Positions 53,720 through 55,869 of a stretch of 55,869 nt of DNA are shown here, in pieces. This DNA comes from Nitrososphaerales archaeon (GTDB lineage: Archaea > Thermoproteota > Nitrososphaeria > Nitrososphaerales > UBA213): assembly GCA_046759465.1 (NCBI GenBank), contig JBHICH010000005.1, positions 1 through 55,869 of the forward strand. Reading direction: 5' to 3'. Within the stretch, counting starts at the first letter, position 1. Every line of letters begins with the position of its first letter. The position numbers and the translations under genes were made by a program. A model generated the notes under the pieces. The model did not search any database. It was not told the origin of the DNA and saw only the letters and a list, made by a program, of their open reading frames with translations.

Positions 53720-55153
53720 ATGAGTAAGAGCAAAGCATTATTCATAGTAACGATGCTTGTAGCTTCAATCATAGCGTTGGCTGAAAGTGTTAATGCTCAA
53801 GAGGGAAAGACCGTAAATGTTGACATCGTTCCTGGGGCAGCAGATGTTGAGAACGGAAGATTCTACAGTCCTCAAACTGTGACTATCGAAACAGGCACTA
53901 CGATAAGCTGGATGAATTTAGATAAAGATCCGCATACTGTAACAGACGGTACACCTCAAACAAAATGGGGTCAGATATTTGAGTCTGGATTGTTAAGGCA
54001 GGGCAAGGAGTTCAGGTATACGTTCAATGATGCTGGAGTATTTCCATATTTATGCGCGTTGCATCCATGGATGTACGGTAAGGTAATAGTTGAAAATCCA
54101 ATCAAGAACATTGGTGTTAAGGTCATTCAGAAACTTAACGTGTTCGTTAAGAGTGAACATCAGTCATACTCTGAAGATGAAATAGTAAGATTCAGTGTAG
54201 ATGTATTAGGAGCGGGTAACAAGCCAACAGATCCAGATGTTATAGATGCACAGTTTGGTTATGGGGGAGAAGTTGAGCAAATAAAGTTAAGTAGGCTTGA
54301 TATTGGTAAGTATACGTTTGCAACAGCTGAATTAAAACCTAATAGTTACTCACTCAGCGTTGAAGTTTCTAAGGAGGGGTTTGAATCAGGATATTCGATC
54401 TTAACTGTTCATATCATAGCAAAGGAACCTGTAAAGGAAATCGTCGAACCATCTATACCTGCTATCTCGATTGCAACTGAACAAGCAAATTATAATGCTG
54501 GTGATACTGTTGTCATAGATGGTAAAGTGTCCAAGGCGGTGGAGAACAAATCGGTAGTCTTTCAAGTTATCAATCCTGAAAACAAACTGTACACAAGGGG
54601 CCAGACGCAGTTGAACTCTGACGGCTTGTTTGAATGGACATTCAAGGTAGCCAAAACAGCACCTTCAGGTACTTGGACTGTAAAGACAAAATATGTTGAT
54701 GAGATTGTTACAACATCGTTCGAAATCATAAAATCTGGTTTAGAGAACACGTTACCCACTGAAGCTGAACTAGCGACACCTAATATTCCTGTGAAGTTCA
54801 AGAATGAGAAGGTTACGATTGTCAAGTCGGTTATAACTGATCAAACAACTTCACAACTATCGAATGTAAATACAGGCCAATTAGTAATGGTACAATCTGT
54901 AGTAAGAAACAATCAAGAAATGGTACAAACCTTTGCGTATATAGTTCAAATAAAGGATTCTAATGGAATCGTGGTTAAATTGGAGGCAGTTGAAGGTGCA
55001 CTTCCAGCTGGAAAGTCATTTACAGTAGGCATATCATGGACACCAGAGGAAGTGGGTAAGTATAGAAGTGAAGTTTATGTATGGAAAAGTATAATGGAAC
55101 CAGTGCCATTGTCGCTTAATCTGCTGAAAAGTAACATCATAGTAACTAATTAG
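53720..55153 (+). CDS. secreted multidomain blue-copper (cupredoxin, amicyanin-like) protein
   Basis: 477 aa from MSKSKALFIVTMLVASIIALAESVNA (signal peptide). The type-1 Cu ligands are DPHTV ... C-A-L-H-P-W-M (C-x2-H-x2-M). About 330 aa of beta-rich Ig-like C-terminal domains follow. Confidence 0.75.
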   Translation: MSKSKALFIVTMLVASIIALAESVNAQEGKTVNVDIVPGAADVENGRFYSPQTVTIETGTTISWMNLDKDPHTVTDGTPQTKWGQIFESGLLRQGKEFRYTFNDAGVFPYLCALHPWMYGKVIVENPIKNIGVKVIQKLNVFVKSEHQSYSEDEIVRFSVDVLGAGNKPTDPDVIDAQFGYGGEVEQIKLSRLDIGKYTFATAELKPNSYSLSVEVSKEGFESGYSILTVHIIAKEPVKEIVEPSIPAISIATEQANYNAGDTVVIDGKVSKAVENKSVVFQVINPENKLYTRGQTQLNSDGLFEWTFKVAKTAPSGTWTVKTKYVDEIVTTSFEIIKSGLENTLPTEAELATPNIPVKFKNEKVTIVKSVITDQTTSQLSNVNTGQLVMVQSVVRNNQEMVQTFAYIVQIKDSNGIVVKLEAVEGALPAGKSFTVGISWTPEEVGKYRSEVYVWKSIMEPVPLSLNLLKSNIIVTN

Positions 55154-55330
55154 CTATCTTGCAATCTAATCAAGTATTGTGCTCATAATTATGCGCAAGC
55201 AGAGATGAAAACGGCCTAGTGAGACTGGTTGTAATTAAGCATTGTGGAGCTCAGTCCATATTCCGAGCTCTAAAGCTGAAGCTACATAACTCATATTATA
55301 GAACAAAAGATCAATAAAACATAGGTAGTC

Positions 55331-55690
55331 ATGACAACGACTGCTAAACAAATATTCCGCACACCCAAGTTAGTTTACACTTTACTTATCGGCATCTTTC
55401 TGCTCATTGTAGTCATTGATGCAGGTACTACATCATACTTGGTCGAGAATCATCCTGCTGGCATCAATGTCGAAGGCAACCCGTTTGTTAAAGTGATAAT
55501 TTCTGAATATGGCTGGGTCTATATGGTGTTCATAAAGCTTGTGGGATTTATATGCATAGCCATAGCGGCACTTAGTTATGCAAAAAAACATCAGTACGTT
55601 TCACTGGTGAACATTGGCCTTATCATGATGCTTACAATAGCTATTGGTGTTCAGCTCCATAATCTGTATCATATAGAAAGTTTGCTATGA
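55331..55690 (+). CDS. small polytopic membrane protein (DUF5658-like)
   Basis: 119-aa ORF with 3-4 hydrophobic helices and an E-G-N-P motif after helix 1. Confidence 0.55.
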   Translation: MTTTAKQIFRTPKLVYTLLIGIFLLIVVIDAGTTSYLVENHPAGINVEGNPFVKVIISEYGWVYMVFIKLVGFICIAIAALSYAKKHQYVSLVNIGLIMMLTIAIGVQLHNLYHIESLL

Positions 55691-55735
55691 AAATAAGCTG
55701 TGATGACTCTGAATTATTCGGCGCACTCAAAAGTA

Positions 55736-55825
55736 AGCCTCGGGCGGGCTTCGATCCCGCGACCCACAGCTTACAAGGCTCAACCATAAAATGTCTGTTG
55801 CTCTACTAGGCTGAGCTACCGAGGC
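55736..55825 (-). tRNA. tRNA-Thr (anticodon UGU) with a 16-nt intron at non-canonical position 30/31
   Basis: Manual fold: acceptor GCCTCGG/CCGAGGC, D arm GCTC-AGCCTAGTA-GAGC, T arm GCGGG-ATCGAAG-CCCGC. Removing ACATTTTATGGTTGAG gives the anticodon arm ACAGC-CTTGTAA-GCTGT. The pre-tRNA forms CAAC-AG|A...GTTG-AG|C, a bulge-helix-bulge. Confidence 0.8.
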
Positions 55826-55869
55826 TCGCATTATTGGCAATTGGGCGGCATTTAAAATCTTACGCAATG

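Noticed and set aside
1-55869. CRISPR arrays, IS elements or transposases, integrases, rRNA genes, and toxin-antitoxin or known defence-system signatures.
   Set aside because: Apart from the single 152-bp pair, no short spaced direct repeats were seen. No DDE/Tyr-recombinase motifs and no rRNA-like sequence were seen on either strand.

Overview
This is an AT-rich archaeal chromosome segment. It is most consistent with an ammonia-oxidising thaumarchaeon (Nitrososphaerota). Supporting features are a Cdv cell-division cluster (cdvB, a cdvB paralogue, cdvC/Vps4), archaeal ribosomal proteins L40e and S30e, an amicyanin-like blue-copper protein, an archaeal-type IleRS, and a tRNA with a non-canonical intron. 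About 70% of the window is ordinary housekeeping: ilvB-ilvN-leuA, sucCD, ileS, carAB, purD/purN/folD/5-FCL, citrate synthase, peroxiredoxins and dehydrogenases. Five things need a second look. (1) carB is interrupted by exactly 21 nt carrying an in-frame TAA. The insert folds as a bulge-helix-bulge-like splicing motif, and its excision restores the conserved GEAGEFDYSG motif, so it is a candidate mRNA mini-intron. (2) A tightly coupled three-gene operon (43604-47004, minus strand) encodes a short hinge-less SMC-like ATPase with an Smc5/6-like head, a ScpA/Nse4-like kleisin, and a tandem winged-helix KITE protein with a MAGE/Nse3-like pattern. It sits between an Lhr-type helicase and a COG1407-type metallophosphoesterase. 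(3) Eight back-to-back micro-ORFs (29-69 aa) around rps30e each have a Shine-Dalgarno-like GGTGA/GGAGTGA motif. Five are Cys/His zinc-binding types, and seven are below the 60-aa cutoff of the ORF track. (4) A 152-bp direct repeat (about 97% identity, 1,536 bp apart) carries a Cys-rich mini-ORF. (5) A roughly 470-bp ORF-poor, structure-rich stretch at 25270-25735 is probably a structured RNA. No CRISPR array, IS element or rRNA gene was seen. All protein calls rest on motif recognition by eye, because no database search could be run.
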